DNA of 52,298 nt from a virus. Lineage: Duplodnaviria > Heunggongvirae > Uroviricota > Caudoviricetes. The notes under the pieces are model-generated. The model was not told where the DNA came from, made no database searches, and was given only the letters and a program-made list of their open reading frames with translations. Positions 1 through 9,809 of this stretch are shown here, piece after piece. Positions within the stretch are counted from its first letter, which is position 1; every line of letters begins with the position of its first letter. The translations under genes and the position numbers were made by a program. The stretch covers positions 1-52,298 of IMG/VR virus record IMGVR_UViG_2721755498_000006, one strand, 5' to 3'.

Positions 1-3000
1 ATGCTGAAACGTCTGTTAAGTAAACTGACGGGAAACCGTCAGCAGATAGAACATCACCTAAAAAATCAGTACCAGGTTGAGGAAAACGGACTTAGCTTTC
101 CGCTATCGCTGGTTGATGATTCGCAGCTTTGGGCACTGGCATCCTGGCTAGAACAACTGGCTGAAGAAGACTATCTGATATCACTTACAGACCGGTGGTT
201 GTTGAGTTGGGACGCACTGTATCGCCTGCTGGAGGATGAGGAACATGCCAGCAGCCTGCCTCTTATCGGTGTACCTGACGTACTGCCTTTACGCGCAAGC
301 CTGAGTTCACGAGGAGCATTAAGCGATAGCGATTTTCGCGTCTGGATTGCTGAATGGGCTACGCTTCCAGCCCGCAAGCCGATCCGTTTCAGTCGTACCG
401 GTGCCATTTTAACCCATGAAAATCAGCAATACCTGTTATCGCGTGAAAACTGGGCACTCTTACAGGCAACAGAACAACTCAGTGCACAGAAAAATCAGAC
501 TCCTGGTGAAACCACTAACCAGTTGGGATGGGCCGCTATCCGCAAATGTGCGAAGCAAGCAGCCGCAAAATTTGATGATTATTTAGAAAAAACGCATGTC
601 GTCAAACCAACTTCATTGTCATTACGTCTGCGTAAAGCAACGGTTGCCGATACTGCTGTTATCGAAATTGAGCCCCATTTCGAGGACCAGCCTGCTAACT
701 GGCTAGGCAGTTTTGACAAAAACTCGCAGGTTCACGATAGCTACCGCATCCCTGGAGAGAATGGCGAACTCAGCCATGTCATTATCCCTCCCGAAGTGAA
801 AGAAGTCCTGAATTCAATACACTCGATTCCAGGCCGTCGAGTGGCCGGAAGCGAAGCGCTTTCCTTTGTTCGCAATCCTTATACCTTCCTGGGTGAAGAT
901 GCCGCCAGTGTTATTGCCCCTGAAGAACATGAACAGGCACTGTTTGATGCCAGGATTTTCTTTCATCATTTCAGGTTGATACCGCAACTGAATGCGGAAA
1001 ATAAGATCGCAGAAGTTACGCTGGTACTTGAGCCTGTTTCACCTGTTCCCCAGCCAGAAATCACTTTTGGGTTCTCAGCCCCCCGGGAGCTGGATAAATT
1101 CATACAGCAACTCGGTATTAGCGTCGCTGCACAGATGCCTGCCGGTTCATGGCAAGGTTACGAGCTGGAATTAAGTCAGTTCACTGAACAGCAGTGGCAC
1201 GATTGCCAGGCACTTCTAACTCGCTGGCAGCAAGAAATAGAAGGAAAAGAATTTAGCGATGTGCTGGATATTGCGAAGTATGGCGATCGCGTGATTGGCA
1301 TTGGTGAATTTGAAAAAATCTCCTCTCCCTGGCTGACCAAAGCGCAGAGTGAAAACTGGCTTCCAGATGACATCGATTTCTCCGCGTTTTCAGTCGAAAC
1401 ACTGTCTGGCTGGCAACCTGAAAACCTTCACCATTTCGATGAACTGCAGGAGAGAATTACTCAGGCAGAAGCTGTAGGTGAAACGCATATCACCGCACCA
1501 TGGAATGACAGCCAATTACCGTTGGATGCTGCTAAAACCTTCAGTAAGAACTGGGAAAAACAGCAAAGCACTGCAAATGAATCTCAAGGCAACGTTGCAG
1601 ATAAAACGGCCCGAGCCGTACTCAAAATTGAGCAGAATATTGAAGAAACGGCCTACATCAAACAGCGCCGCAATTCACTCCTCAATGCGCGTCATGCCGA
1701 GCCTGAAATTCCTCTGAGCCTTAAAGAGCATATCCGACTCAAAGACCATCAACGTGAAGGCGTAGCCTGGCTCCAGCAACTCTTCCTTCGTTCACCTGAG
1801 GAAACCGCAGGTTGCCTGCTGGCGGATGATATGGGGCTTGGGAAAACGCTGCAAATTCTGAGCTTCCTGGTATGGTTCATTGAAAAATTCCCGCAAGAAC
1901 CGCCCAGTCTCATTGTTGCTCCTGTCTCTCTTTTAGATAACTGGGAACGTGAACTGGACAATTTCTTCTATACCGCAGGAATACCGGTATTGAAATTGTA
2001 TGGCGAGACCATTAAAGCGGTGAAATATCCCAAACAGGCTATCCCTGCTCATCTGCAATCTCAGGGGATCAAAAACCTGCTTAAACCTGGCTGGCAGGGT
2101 GAGGCGAAAATCATCCTGACAACCTACGAAACGCTTCGCGACCAGGAGTTTTCTCTGGCACGCCAGCCGTGGTCCATTATGGTGTGCGACGAGGCACAAA
2201 AAATAAAAAACCCAGCTGCGTTAATCACACATGCGGCCAACGCGGTACAAGCCAGGTTTAAAGTGGCATGTACAGGAACACCTGTCGAAAACACACTTGT
2301 CGACCTGTGGAGCTTATTTGATTTTGCCCAGCCAGGATTGTTAGGGGCACTAAATGAATTTGGTAAACACTATGTTCGCCCCATCGAGAACGAAGATGGC
2401 CGCGATACGGAACGGTTGGAAAGCCTGCGAGCGCTGATAGAACCTCAGACTTTACGCCGAACCAAAGAAGAGGTTGCGCGTGATTTACCTCAGAAAATTG
2501 AAGTGGAAAGCTGCAAGCAATTGACGTTGTCTGGCGTGCAAAAACAGCTCTACCTTTCGTCCGTTGCAAATTGGCAACAACAGCAAGCACTGAGCGAAGG
2601 GATGCAGCAGGCCGGAACCGGTATGTTAGGTTTGTTACACCGACTGAAACTCATCTGTGCACACCCTGCAGTAGTTAATCCAGAACCACGTTTTCGTGAT
2701 AACTCACCCAAGCTTAACTGGCTGCTGAAAATACTCGCAGAACTAAAACACACCACGAAAGATAAGGTCATTATTTTTACGGAGCTTCGAGATTTACAGC
2801 GCGAACTTCAACATGCGATCCACCAAAAGTTTGGTTTCCGCCCTGTCATTATCAATGGTGATACCAGCACTAAAAGTCAAAGTCAAAACAGCCGCCAGCG
2901 CCTGATTGATGATTTTCAGGCTCAGCCTGGGTTTGGGGTGATTATTCTCTCTACGGTTGCCGTCGGATTCGGCGTTAACGTCCAGAAAGCCAATCATGTT

Positions 3001-3243
3001 ATTCATTTCACTCGCTGCTGGAACCCAGCCAAAGAAGATCAGGCAACAGACCGGGCGTACCGAATTGGGCAAACTAAAGATGTGTATGTCTATTACCCGA
3101 CGGTGAAGGACACTGAAATCACCACATTTGAAGAAACACTGGATGACCTTCTGCAGCGTCGACGTGCATTGGCCAGAGATATGCTCTGCGCTACTCCCGA
3201 TTTGAGTGGTGCGGATTTTGAGGCCATTTTGAAGGGGGCTTAA
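1..3243 (+). CDS. SNF2/Swi2-family helicase-ATPase with ~580-aa N-terminal domain of unknown function; ORF begins at the first base of the window
   Basis: 1080-aa ORF; motifs LLADDMGLGKT (motif I), VCDEAQKIKN (DEAQ box) and QATDRAYRIGQ (motif VI) in the C-terminal half; no motif recognised in the N-terminal half; not RapA-like at the N-terminus. Confidence 0.85.
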   Translation: MLKRLLSKLTGNRQQIEHHLKNQYQVEENGLSFPLSLVDDSQLWALASWLEQLAEEDYLISLTDRWLLSWDALYRLLEDEEHASSLPLIGVPDVLPLRASLSSRGALSDSDFRVWIAEWATLPARKPIRFSRTGAILTHENQQYLLSRENWALLQATEQLSAQKNQTPGETTNQLGWAAIRKCAKQAAAKFDDYLEKTHVVKPTSLSLRLRKATVADTAVIEIEPHFEDQPANWLGSFDKNSQVHDSYRIPGENGELSHVIIPPEVKEVLNSIHSIPGRRVAGSEALSFVRNPYTFLGEDAASVIAPEEHEQALFDARIFFHHFRLIPQLNAENKIAEVTLVLEPVSPVPQPEITFGFSAPRELDKFIQQLGISVAAQMPAGSWQGYELELSQFTEQQWHDCQALLTRWQQEIEGKEFSDVLDIAKYGDRVIGIGEFEKISSPWLTKAQSENWLPDDIDFSAFSVETLSGWQPENLHHFDELQERITQAEAVGETHITAPWNDSQLPLDAAKTFSKNWEKQQSTANESQGNVADKTARAVLKIEQNIEETAYIKQRRNSLLNARHAEPEIPLSLKEHIRLKDHQREGVAWLQQLFLRSPEETAGCLLADDMGLGKTLQILSFLVWFIEKFPQEPPSLIVAPVSLLDNWERELDNFFYTAGIPVLKLYGETIKAVKYPKQAIPAHLQSQGIKNLLKPGWQGEAKIILTTYETLRDQEFSLARQPWSIMVCDEAQKIKNPAALITHAANAVQARFKVACTGTPVENTLVDLWSLFDFAQPGLLGALNEFGKHYVRPIENEDGRDTERLESLRALIEPQTLRRTKEEVARDLPQKIEVESCKQLTLSGVQKQLYLSSVANWQQQQALSEGMQQAGTGMLGLLHRLKLICAHPAVVNPEPRFRDNSPKLNWLLKILAELKHTTKDKVIIFTELRDLQRELQHAIHQKFGFRPVIINGDTSTKSQSQNSRQRLIDDFQAQPGFGVIILSTVAVGFGVNVQKANHVIHFTRCWNPAKEDQATDRAYRIGQTKDVYVYYPTVKDTEITTFEETLDDLLQRRRALARDMLCATPDLSGADFEAILKGA

Positions 3244-3764
3244 CCGATACGAGTGGCAATACCACCAGCAGTCGAACCGATTCATTTGAAACGACACGTA
3301 GCCGCGATGGATCTGTATCACCTACCGACAGCTTGGGAAAGTCCCGAATTACAAATGTTCAGGGGAATACCATAACCTGCCGGACTTATTCGTTTGGAAC
3401 GACGTGTTACGACTTAGTCCGAGGGAAACATGCCAGGTAAAAACCGAATATCCATCCTCAGCTTTAGCAAATACCTCCCCATACTCGCTACTTCATATTG
3501 AGAAGATATTGTGTTGCTCATATTGCTTTGAGCATGCTCTTCAGCGTTTACATGTGGATCGTACTACCCTGATGATCCGATGCGTTGTTTACTGCTTTTA
3601 ACCTCTATATACAAAACCCCCACTAAATATTTTTCTGAGACTAACGGTAAATCATTATCTATCATGTAGTTACGATAGAATTGCATGTATCTGGCACAAA
3701 ATAAGGTTTCATTACGTTCTATCTTGTTAAATATAAAGGGATCATTTCCTCCCAAAGTCACAAT

Positions 3765-4478
3765 CTACAGGAACGGTTTCAATAACATCGGATCAATGAT
3801 CCCCTCTGGAAAATCGTAAAGATGCTGACGCGCTGTCGTCTCCTTCAGTCCCGCTGCTTTAGCAAAATCGCTGACGGAGTAGCCTTCAGGCCACCAGCTC
3901 TGATAGTAAATATCAAAATACTGCCCCCACTCTGCGCTCATCGGGCGTCGTGATAGCTGTCGGGCAGCAGATTTCTGAGTCAGTTGATATTTCACAATAT
4001 ATTCACCAACGCTAAGACCATTCTCGACTTTTTCGCGCTGAAACTGGCGACGATGGTAAACCCAGAACAGCGCCCTAAGCGATGCGCCACCAGCTTTATG
4101 CAGCGCATTCCAGGCTCTGCGGTGCGGTATCCTGTAGCGTTGCGCGTATTCGGTTTGTGTAATGCCATGCAGAATCGCTTCACGACGATAATTTTGCTTG
4201 TGCCAGGCCCAGTCAATCTTCCAGCGGTCGCATCGCTCGCTGTAGTCCTGAGCTCTTTTCTGGCGGGCAACAGGCAACTTCAGAAAGTTTTCAAAGAGTG
4301 TATCCAGCGAGCACGCAACCGGATGGATATGCTGCGTTTGCAGACGTATCTCATTGGGCGTAAGTGGGCGATATTCGAGCCCCGTTAGACGTTCCAGCCG
4401 CCATTCATGATAGTTTTTTCGACGACGTCTATTCCCGGCATACTTCAAACGATACAGTGCCTGTTCAGCGTATGACAT
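3765..4478 (-). CDS. hypothetical protein; C-terminal ~55 aa paralogous to the C-terminus of the upstream 360-aa protein
   Basis: 237-aa ORF; 14-nt overlap with upstream gene (translational coupling); shared C-terminal block (W..YFD.YY..WP.G.SV...A...L...TAR..L.D.P). Confidence 0.5.
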   Translation of the reverse strand: MSYAEQALYRLKYAGNRRRRKNYHEWRLERLTGLEYRPLTPNEIRLQTQHIHPVACSLDTLFENFLKLPVARQKRAQDYSERCDRWKIDWAWHKQNYRREAILHGITQTEYAQRYRIPHRRAWNALHKAGGASLRALFWVYHRRQFQREKVENGLSVGEYIVKYQLTQKSAARQLSRRPMSAEWGQYFDIYYQSWWPEGYSVSDFAKAAGLKETTARQHLYDFPEGIIDPMLLKPFL

Positions 4479-5547
4479 ATTGAATCTCCTTTTGAAGCCA
4501 ACCCCTCAGGATGCCAGGTGAGATAACTGCTGGTGGATAATCGCAGAGATAACGCCGGGCTGTTGAAGGATTTAAATCGTGCCAATTACAGTACTGAGCG
4601 ACGCTGACTCCGCAGGGCCAGTAATTGTCGTAATAGCGATCGAAATGCCGTAGCCAGTGAGGAGATAGTTGAGGTTTTTCAGCTGCTTTTCCGCGCTGAT
4701 ACAGCTTCAGTAAACGCTGAATGCTGCGAATCTGGCTATTTGTTTCATAATCCAGAGAGTCAATCTCTGCGGGTTCATTATCACCGAGAAATAACGGGTC
4801 AAGCTTACCTGGCAGCGGACAGTAACGTTCGGCAGGTGGCTGGCATTGCTTGAGTTTGGCTGGAGTCCTGGGTTTAGGCTTTTGTTGCTTCAGTACTTTG
4901 TAGTGCTTGCGTCCGTACAACGGAATATGTTTTGCGATTCCGGTCTTAGTGGCGTATTTAGCGAAATAGCTCAACCTTAACAGAAGCTCCCCCAGGGTCT
5001 GCGAATCGCGCTTATGGACCATGTAGTATCCGTTTTTGGGAAACCAAACTTTCCCGTTAGTTGCCGAACTCCAGGTCTTCTCCACCAGCCCATTCAATAC
5101 CTTTGGTGTACGTATGTGGTTCCCGTCCACCATGAGCACACAGTGATAGTGCTGCGCTGTCGCTTTGTCATGCTCACGAACCCAGAATATATCGAAAAAA
5201 GACTTTGGATAACGAGCACGTAATACCTGGGCTAATTGCTGGCAGAAGTCCGAAATAACCTGATTGTCATCTGTATAGCTCTTGAGATGTAAATCATAGC
5301 GAACAGCCAGAAAACGCGAAGTCCGCAGATAGGTTTGATTCACCGTATCAAAAAGGGCTTCCATGATCCTGGAATCATACTCTCCCTCTGCATGAAGTAT
5401 CGGCCAGAACACTTCGTCATACAGAAAGTATCCTTGAGCATTAATCCACTGAGCTGCTTGCGAGGCCGGTATATTATTAATTACCGATGGTTTCTCGAAC
5501 TGATGATCTCTATATTTTTCTAATTTATTCATTGAGTTACACAACAC
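4465..5547 (-). CDS. HUH-motif rolling-circle Rep-like protein (inovirus gpII / YfjJ-YagK-like as I recall the family)
   Basis: 360-aa ORF with HYHCVLMV (HUH) and downstream YFAKYATK (YxxK) motifs; directly downstream of alpA as in CP4-type islands; family name from memory, not searched. Confidence 0.5.
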   Translation of the reverse strand: MLCNSMNKLEKYRDHQFEKPSVINNIPASQAAQWINAQGYFLYDEVFWPILHAEGEYDSRIMEALFDTVNQTYLRTSRFLAVRYDLHLKSYTDDNQVISDFCQQLAQVLRARYPKSFFDIFWVREHDKATAQHYHCVLMVDGNHIRTPKVLNGLVEKTWSSATNGKVWFPKNGYYMVHKRDSQTLGELLLRLSYFAKYATKTGIAKHIPLYGRKHYKVLKQQKPKPRTPAKLKQCQPPAERYCPLPGKLDPLFLGDNEPAEIDSLDYETNSQIRSIQRLLKLYQRGKAAEKPQLSPHWLRHFDRYYDNYWPCGVSVAQYCNWHDLNPSTARRYLCDYPPAVISPGILRGWLQKEIQYVIR

Positions 5548-5599
5548 TTCATTCAGTGCTAATACAGCGTTTTAATCTGTAATTGTATTTCACGTTGTT

Positions 5600-5872
5600 T
5601 CACTGGATAAAAAAAAGCCGGACAAACCGGCTTAGGATGCAAAATGAATCTAATAAGTGTGATTTACTCAACCACTCCTCATACTGGCTGGCAGTCCAGC
5701 CGAGTGTTCTCCCTTGAATTTTACGGGGCTCAGGAAAAACCCCCTCATTCACCCAACGCCAGAGAGTAGTACGGCTGACTGCCAGCAGCTCAATCATGTG
5801 GTTGATTCGAATCAATCGCTGGGGCTCATGGAAGAAACGGATATTGCTTGAAAAGGTGTTTTCTTGTTCCAT
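5600..5872 (-). CDS. alpA: AlpA-family HTH regulator (prophage/island excision regulator type)
   Basis: 90-aa ORF; core RLIRINHMIELLAVSRTTLWRWVNEGVFPEPRKIQGRTLGWTASQYEEWL matches the AlpA pattern. Confidence 0.65.
   Translation of the reverse strand: MEQENTFSSNIRFFHEPQRLIRINHMIELLAVSRTTLWRWVNEGVFPEPRKIQGRTLGWTASQYEEWLSKSHLLDSFCILSRFVRLFFIQ
5609..5632 (-). terminator. intrinsic terminator (AGCCGG-N5-CCGGCU followed by U8) lying inside the last codons of the alpA ORF
   Basis: hairpin plus U-run read on minus strand; ORF stop codon is ~7 nt beyond the U-run. Confidence 0.5.
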
Positions 5873-5993
5873 AAAGATTCCTTAAATCAGGAGTAACGAT
5901 ATGAAACAAGAGTAATTTTCTGATCGCGTGAGGTCGTGCATACCTTAGCAATGGAATCCGAATACCTTTACTATTTAGCTGATAAATATAACT

Positions 5994-6851
5994 TTATTTT
6001 TTACTCTTTTTCCGTTTTTCGTGTCCGGCAGTACGTAATGATTCGAATCCTTGAAAGGTTTCATCCTGAAGGATATTTCTTGTCTCGCGTAAATTTCGTT
6101 TGATAACCTCTGCGCTATGCGGAGGCTCCTTAATGGTAGGCCAGAAAAATGCCGCATACTTATAGAGCAGTTTTTCGAGATTACTGGCATTTGGCAGGCA
6201 ATGACCATAGCTATCAGGCTTGAGCTTACCCTCTGCATCCAGCTTGTAGAGTATAGCGATGACTGCCCGATAGACTTCTTCACGCATTGCAGCATAGGAC
6301 TCTCCTCGTGCTGCAGGTTCACGGGCAGCGGCTAGCAGCTTATCCCTCTCAACTTTCAGGCTCTCAATCTCCTCCTCAAGTTTTCTCACATAATCGCTGA
6401 CAGCAGGAGCTGGGGATTTTTCAATATCAATGCCCAGTACCCGGATAATATCGGCACGGCGCAGTGCGAACTGCTCCAGATCGGCTTCACCAAGGGGGTA
6501 TTTTTGTACTGAAGTGATCATCTCTTCGGGGCTGTCATAACGCCCGTTAGTCACCCTAAGCAATGCAGGAGTTAACTCTGGTCGTCCACTGGAATAATCA
6601 TACTTTGGTATAAATCCAAACTCTCGCCATGAGTCCTGAAGAGATTCACGTTTGTAAAGAGGAGGCTTATGTTCATTCAGGCATTTGAGTAGCTGAAGGC
6701 TGAGCACATTAAGCGATTGATCCGGGAATCGTTTTTGCAGTGCTATGTAAAGCTCGTAAATAGAAATAAACCCAGTATCCGCTTCTGCTACCTGGCGCTG
6801 CTTTTGTCTTTGCTGCTCAATAATCTCATCAAAACTCATTTTCAAACCCAT
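5994..6851 (-). CDS. hypothetical protein (predicted coiled-coil, Lys-rich C-terminus)
   Basis: ORF track 5994..6896; start moved to MGLKM preceded by GGAGAAG; no recognised motif. Confidence 0.4.
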   Translation of the reverse strand: MGLKMSFDEIIEQQRQKQRQVAEADTGFISIYELYIALQKRFPDQSLNVLSLQLLKCLNEHKPPLYKRESLQDSWREFGFIPKYDYSSGRPELTPALLRVTNGRYDSPEEMITSVQKYPLGEADLEQFALRRADIIRVLGIDIEKSPAPAVSDYVRKLEEEIESLKVERDKLLAAAREPAARGESYAAMREEVYRAVIAILYKLDAEGKLKPDSYGHCLPNASNLEKLLYKYAAFFWPTIKEPPHSAEVIKRNLRETRNILQDETFQGFESLRTAGHEKRKKSKK

Positions 6852-7077
6852 CAAACACTTCTCCGATACGGCGGCACATTCTGCAACACCATGCATTATA
6901 TAGGGATTTTATTCACGCGTTCGGGAATGAAACTACGATACTACCCAACTGATTGTCAGATGATTAGCGGAAAATGGTGGTTGGCTATGCCGTGTTAAAC
7001 AAGTACGCCAGTAAGTACGCGAAAAGAAATTCAGTAGATTTTATTGAAAGAGACTTGAGCTAACTTATTGATTTTAA

Positions 7078-7126
7078 TGGTGCCGATAATAGGAGTCGAA
7101 CCTACGACCTTCGCATTACGAATGCG
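7078..7126 (-). repeat. att copy: 49-nt direct repeat of the thrW 3' end (plus ~17 nt of matching flank at 7061-7077)
   Basis: tggtgccgataataggagtcgaacctacgaccttcgcattacgaatgcg identical to 50855-50903. Confidence 0.9.
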
Positions 7127-7184
7127 TAAATTGATCTTGTAAAATCAATACCTATCGAATTTAAATGGATTTTTTGCCACAATA

Positions 7185-8288
7185 TTGCCACAGTTCGTTA
7201 GGAATCAGACAGAAATGGCGACTATACGCAAACGTGGTAACTACCAATGGGAAGCTCAAATCCGTAAACGTGGTTTTCCCTCTCAAACCAAAACCTTTAA
7301 CACCAAAGTAGAAGCAGAAGCTTGGGCCAAAATGATCGAGTCAGAAATGGCGAGAGGAGTTTGGCTTAGCCGCAGCGAAGCGGAATCTACGACATTGTAT
7401 GAAGCCCTAACGCGATATGAAAAAGAGATTGTTCCCGACAAAAAAGGGGCAGTGCAAGACCGATCATTGGTGCGGATACTAAAAGCCACTCAGCTGGCGA
7501 AAAACTATATGGCCAGCATCAGGAGTGCCGATGTCGCCAAGCTGAGAGATGAATGGTTGAAAATCTATGCTCCTGCAACCGTTTTAAGGCGTTTGGCCTT
7601 ACTTTCTCATGTATTCAATGTTTCGCGGAAAGAATGGGGCATGGAGAGCCTGCTGAACCCCGTAGAGGCCATTCGCAAACCCCAACCCAAGAACTCCAGG
7701 ACCAGACGCCTGGAAGCGCTGCCTGTAGTTTCTGAGAAAACCGGTGTTACGTCAGGAAAGCAAATAGCCAACGAGATCGAACATATCATCGCCGCAACAC
7801 ATTCATTAGTATTGCCAGCAATCATTCTTCTGGCGTTAGAGACAGCCATGCGCCGTAGCGAAATCGCAGAGCTTCGATGGCGCTTTATCGATCTTGATCG
7901 GCGAGTTGCACATCTGCCGGATACTAAGAATGGTAATGCCCGCGATGTCCCTTTATCAACGAAAGCCATTACGATACTGTCCAGTCTCAAGGAACATTCT
8001 AAGCCAGCTGCTGATAAGGTTTTTGATATGCGTGCAGACGCGATTACCCGAGCTTTTGACCGAGCTGTAAAACGAGCCAGAGAACGATACGAGAAAACAA
8101 ACTCATTATGTGATGAATCTTTCCTTAAAGATTTAAGATTTCATGACCTTCGACATGAAGCAACTTCTCGACTTGCTGAAATTTTCCCTATGCATGAACT
8201 AACCAAAATTACAGGACATAAAGATCCAAGAATGCTAATGCGGTATTATCATCCAAAAGCTGAAGATTTGGCGTTAAAGTTGAAATAA
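7185..8288 (+). CDS. int: tyrosine recombinase / integrase of the middle integrative element
   Basis: R..HxxR..Y catalytic signature (ETAMRRSE, HDLRHEATS, MRYYH); starts ~60 nt from att copy; likely true start at MATIRKRG (~7215); TGCCACAAT-A-TTGCCACA arm-type repeat just upstream. Confidence 0.85.
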   Translation: MPQFVRNQTEMATIRKRGNYQWEAQIRKRGFPSQTKTFNTKVEAEAWAKMIESEMARGVWLSRSEAESTTLYEALTRYEKEIVPDKKGAVQDRSLVRILKATQLAKNYMASIRSADVAKLRDEWLKIYAPATVLRRLALLSHVFNVSRKEWGMESLLNPVEAIRKPQPKNSRTRRLEALPVVSEKTGVTSGKQIANEIEHIIAATHSLVLPAIILLALETAMRRSEIAELRWRFIDLDRRVAHLPDTKNGNARDVPLSTKAITILSSLKEHSKPAADKVFDMRADAITRAFDRAVKRARERYEKTNSLCDESFLKDLRFHDLRHEATSRLAEIFPMHELTKITGHKDPRMLMRYYHPKAEDLALKLK

Positions 8289-8297
8289 GGACGTTGT

Positions 8298-8987
8298 ATG
8301 GATTATAAAAATAAGTTAGTTGATGCATCACCAAAATTAAACAACCCTCAACTATTGGCTATAATATACTTAATACCTTTTGGATACTTGATTGTAGAAA
8401 ACCCATTATGGCTAGAAAATATATACATTGCCGCTCCAATTTTCCTATCATCTATAGCTTTATTAACCAGTGTATACATAGGATATCGTGATTTATTAAA
8501 TAAAGTATTTAATAATGCAGTAGTTAAATGGGGCGTAACTGGCTTTACATATTCCGTATGCTTATGGATCGCAAAGTTTAAGCTTGACATAGCTTATGGT
8601 ATAGTCCCAGAAAACCTTAATTACTCGACATTAGCTTATGCTTTCATGCTCTCATTTCCAATAGGGGCAATGATTTGTGCAATTACAGTCTATATATACA
8701 TATTTTTGCGAGATGTATCCCCAGCAAAAATAGTAATATCCTCTATGATTTCAGTATATATTGGAAGCTTGGCTCAACATCATATACAGGTGAACAATCT
8801 TCCTGAAAAAATAATATTAATAGGACTTATAATTATGGTCCCCTATAACATGGTCAATTTAGCTAGTTCATTAGTTATTAAAAGGAAATTTAATTTTAAT
8901 CGTTTAGTATCAGGCTTATCCCTTTTTGCTGTGTCAGTTGCTCTTTTTATTATTAGCATGACAGCGGTAATGACTCCAACTTATTGA
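8298..8987 (+). CDS. AT-rich polytopic membrane protein, 3' end interrupted by IS1
   Basis: 229-aa hydrophobic ORF; reading frame runs into IS1 left end at 8966 so the last residues are IS1-encoded. Confidence 0.5.
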   Translation: MDYKNKLVDASPKLNNPQLLAIIYLIPFGYLIVENPLWLENIYIAAPIFLSSIALLTSVYIGYRDLLNKVFNNAVVKWGVTGFTYSVCLWIAKFKLDIAYGIVPENLNYSTLAYAFMLSFPIGAMICAITVYIYIFLRDVSPAKIVISSMISVYIGSLAQHHIQVNNLPEKIILIGLIIMVPYNMVNLASSLVIKRKFNFNRLVSGLSLFAVSVALFIISMTAVMTPTY

Positions 8988-9484
8988 TAGTGTTTTATGT
9001 TCAGATAATGCCCGATGACTTTGTCATGCAGCTCCACCGATTTTGAGAACGACAGCGACTTCCGTCCCAGCCGTGCCAGGTGCTGCCTCAGATTCAGGTT
9101 ATGCCGCTCAATTCGCTGCGTATATCGCTTGCTGATTACGTGCAGCTTTCCCTTCAGGCGGGATTCATACAGCGGCCAGCCATCCGTCATCCATATCACC
9201 ACGTCAAAGGGTGACAGCAGGCTCATAAGACGCCCCAGCGTCGCCATAGTGCGTTCACCGAATACGTGCGCAACAACCGTCTTCCGGAGCCTGTCATACG
9301 CGTAAAACAGCCAGCGCTGGCGCGATTTAGCCCCGACGTATCCCCACTGTTCGTCCATTTCCGCGCAGACGATGACGTCACTGCCCGGCTGTATGCGCGA
9401 GGTTACCGACTGCGGCCTGAGTTTTTTAAGTGACGTAAAATCGTGTTGAGGCCAACGCCCATAATGCGGGCTGTTGCCCGGCAT
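8981..9484 (-). CDS. insB: IS1 InsB (transposase made as InsAB' by -1 frameshift)
   Basis: 167-aa [29 protein letters not shown]...; overlaps insA. Confidence 0.95.
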
Positions 9485-9678
9485 CCAACGCCATTCATGG
9501 CCATATCAATGATTTTCTGGTGCGTACCGGGTTGAGAAGCGGTGTAAGTGAACTGCAGTTGCCATGTTTTACGGCAGTGAGAGCAGAGATAGCGCTGATG
9601 TCCGGCGGTGCTTTTGCCGTTACGCACCACCCCGTCAGTAGCTGAACAGGAGGGACAGCTGATAGAAACAGAAGCCAC
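9403..9678 (-). CDS. insA: IS1 InsA
   Basis: 91-aa [43 protein letters not shown]... Confidence 0.95.
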
Positions 9679-9809
9679 TGGAGCACCTCAAAAACACCAT
9701 CATACACTAAATCAGTAAGTTGGCAGCATCACCTCAATCCGCATGACTTTAAAAAAGACAATTTTTAGAAATAAGCCGGATAAAAAAATAGCTTTATCCG
9801 GCACTCATA

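Larger units (their letters stand above)
8966..9733 (-). mobile_element. IS1 copy 1 (768 bp)
   Basis: ends GGTAATGACTCCAACTTATTGATAGTG ... CAGTAAGTTGGCAGCATCACC recognised; insA/insB inside. Confidence 0.95.

Noticed and set aside
1-3243. Helicase as host RapA (HepA)
   Set aside because: The SNF2 core is shared, but the N-terminal half does not resemble RapA as I recall it, and the gene sits in island context, not the rapA chromosomal locus.
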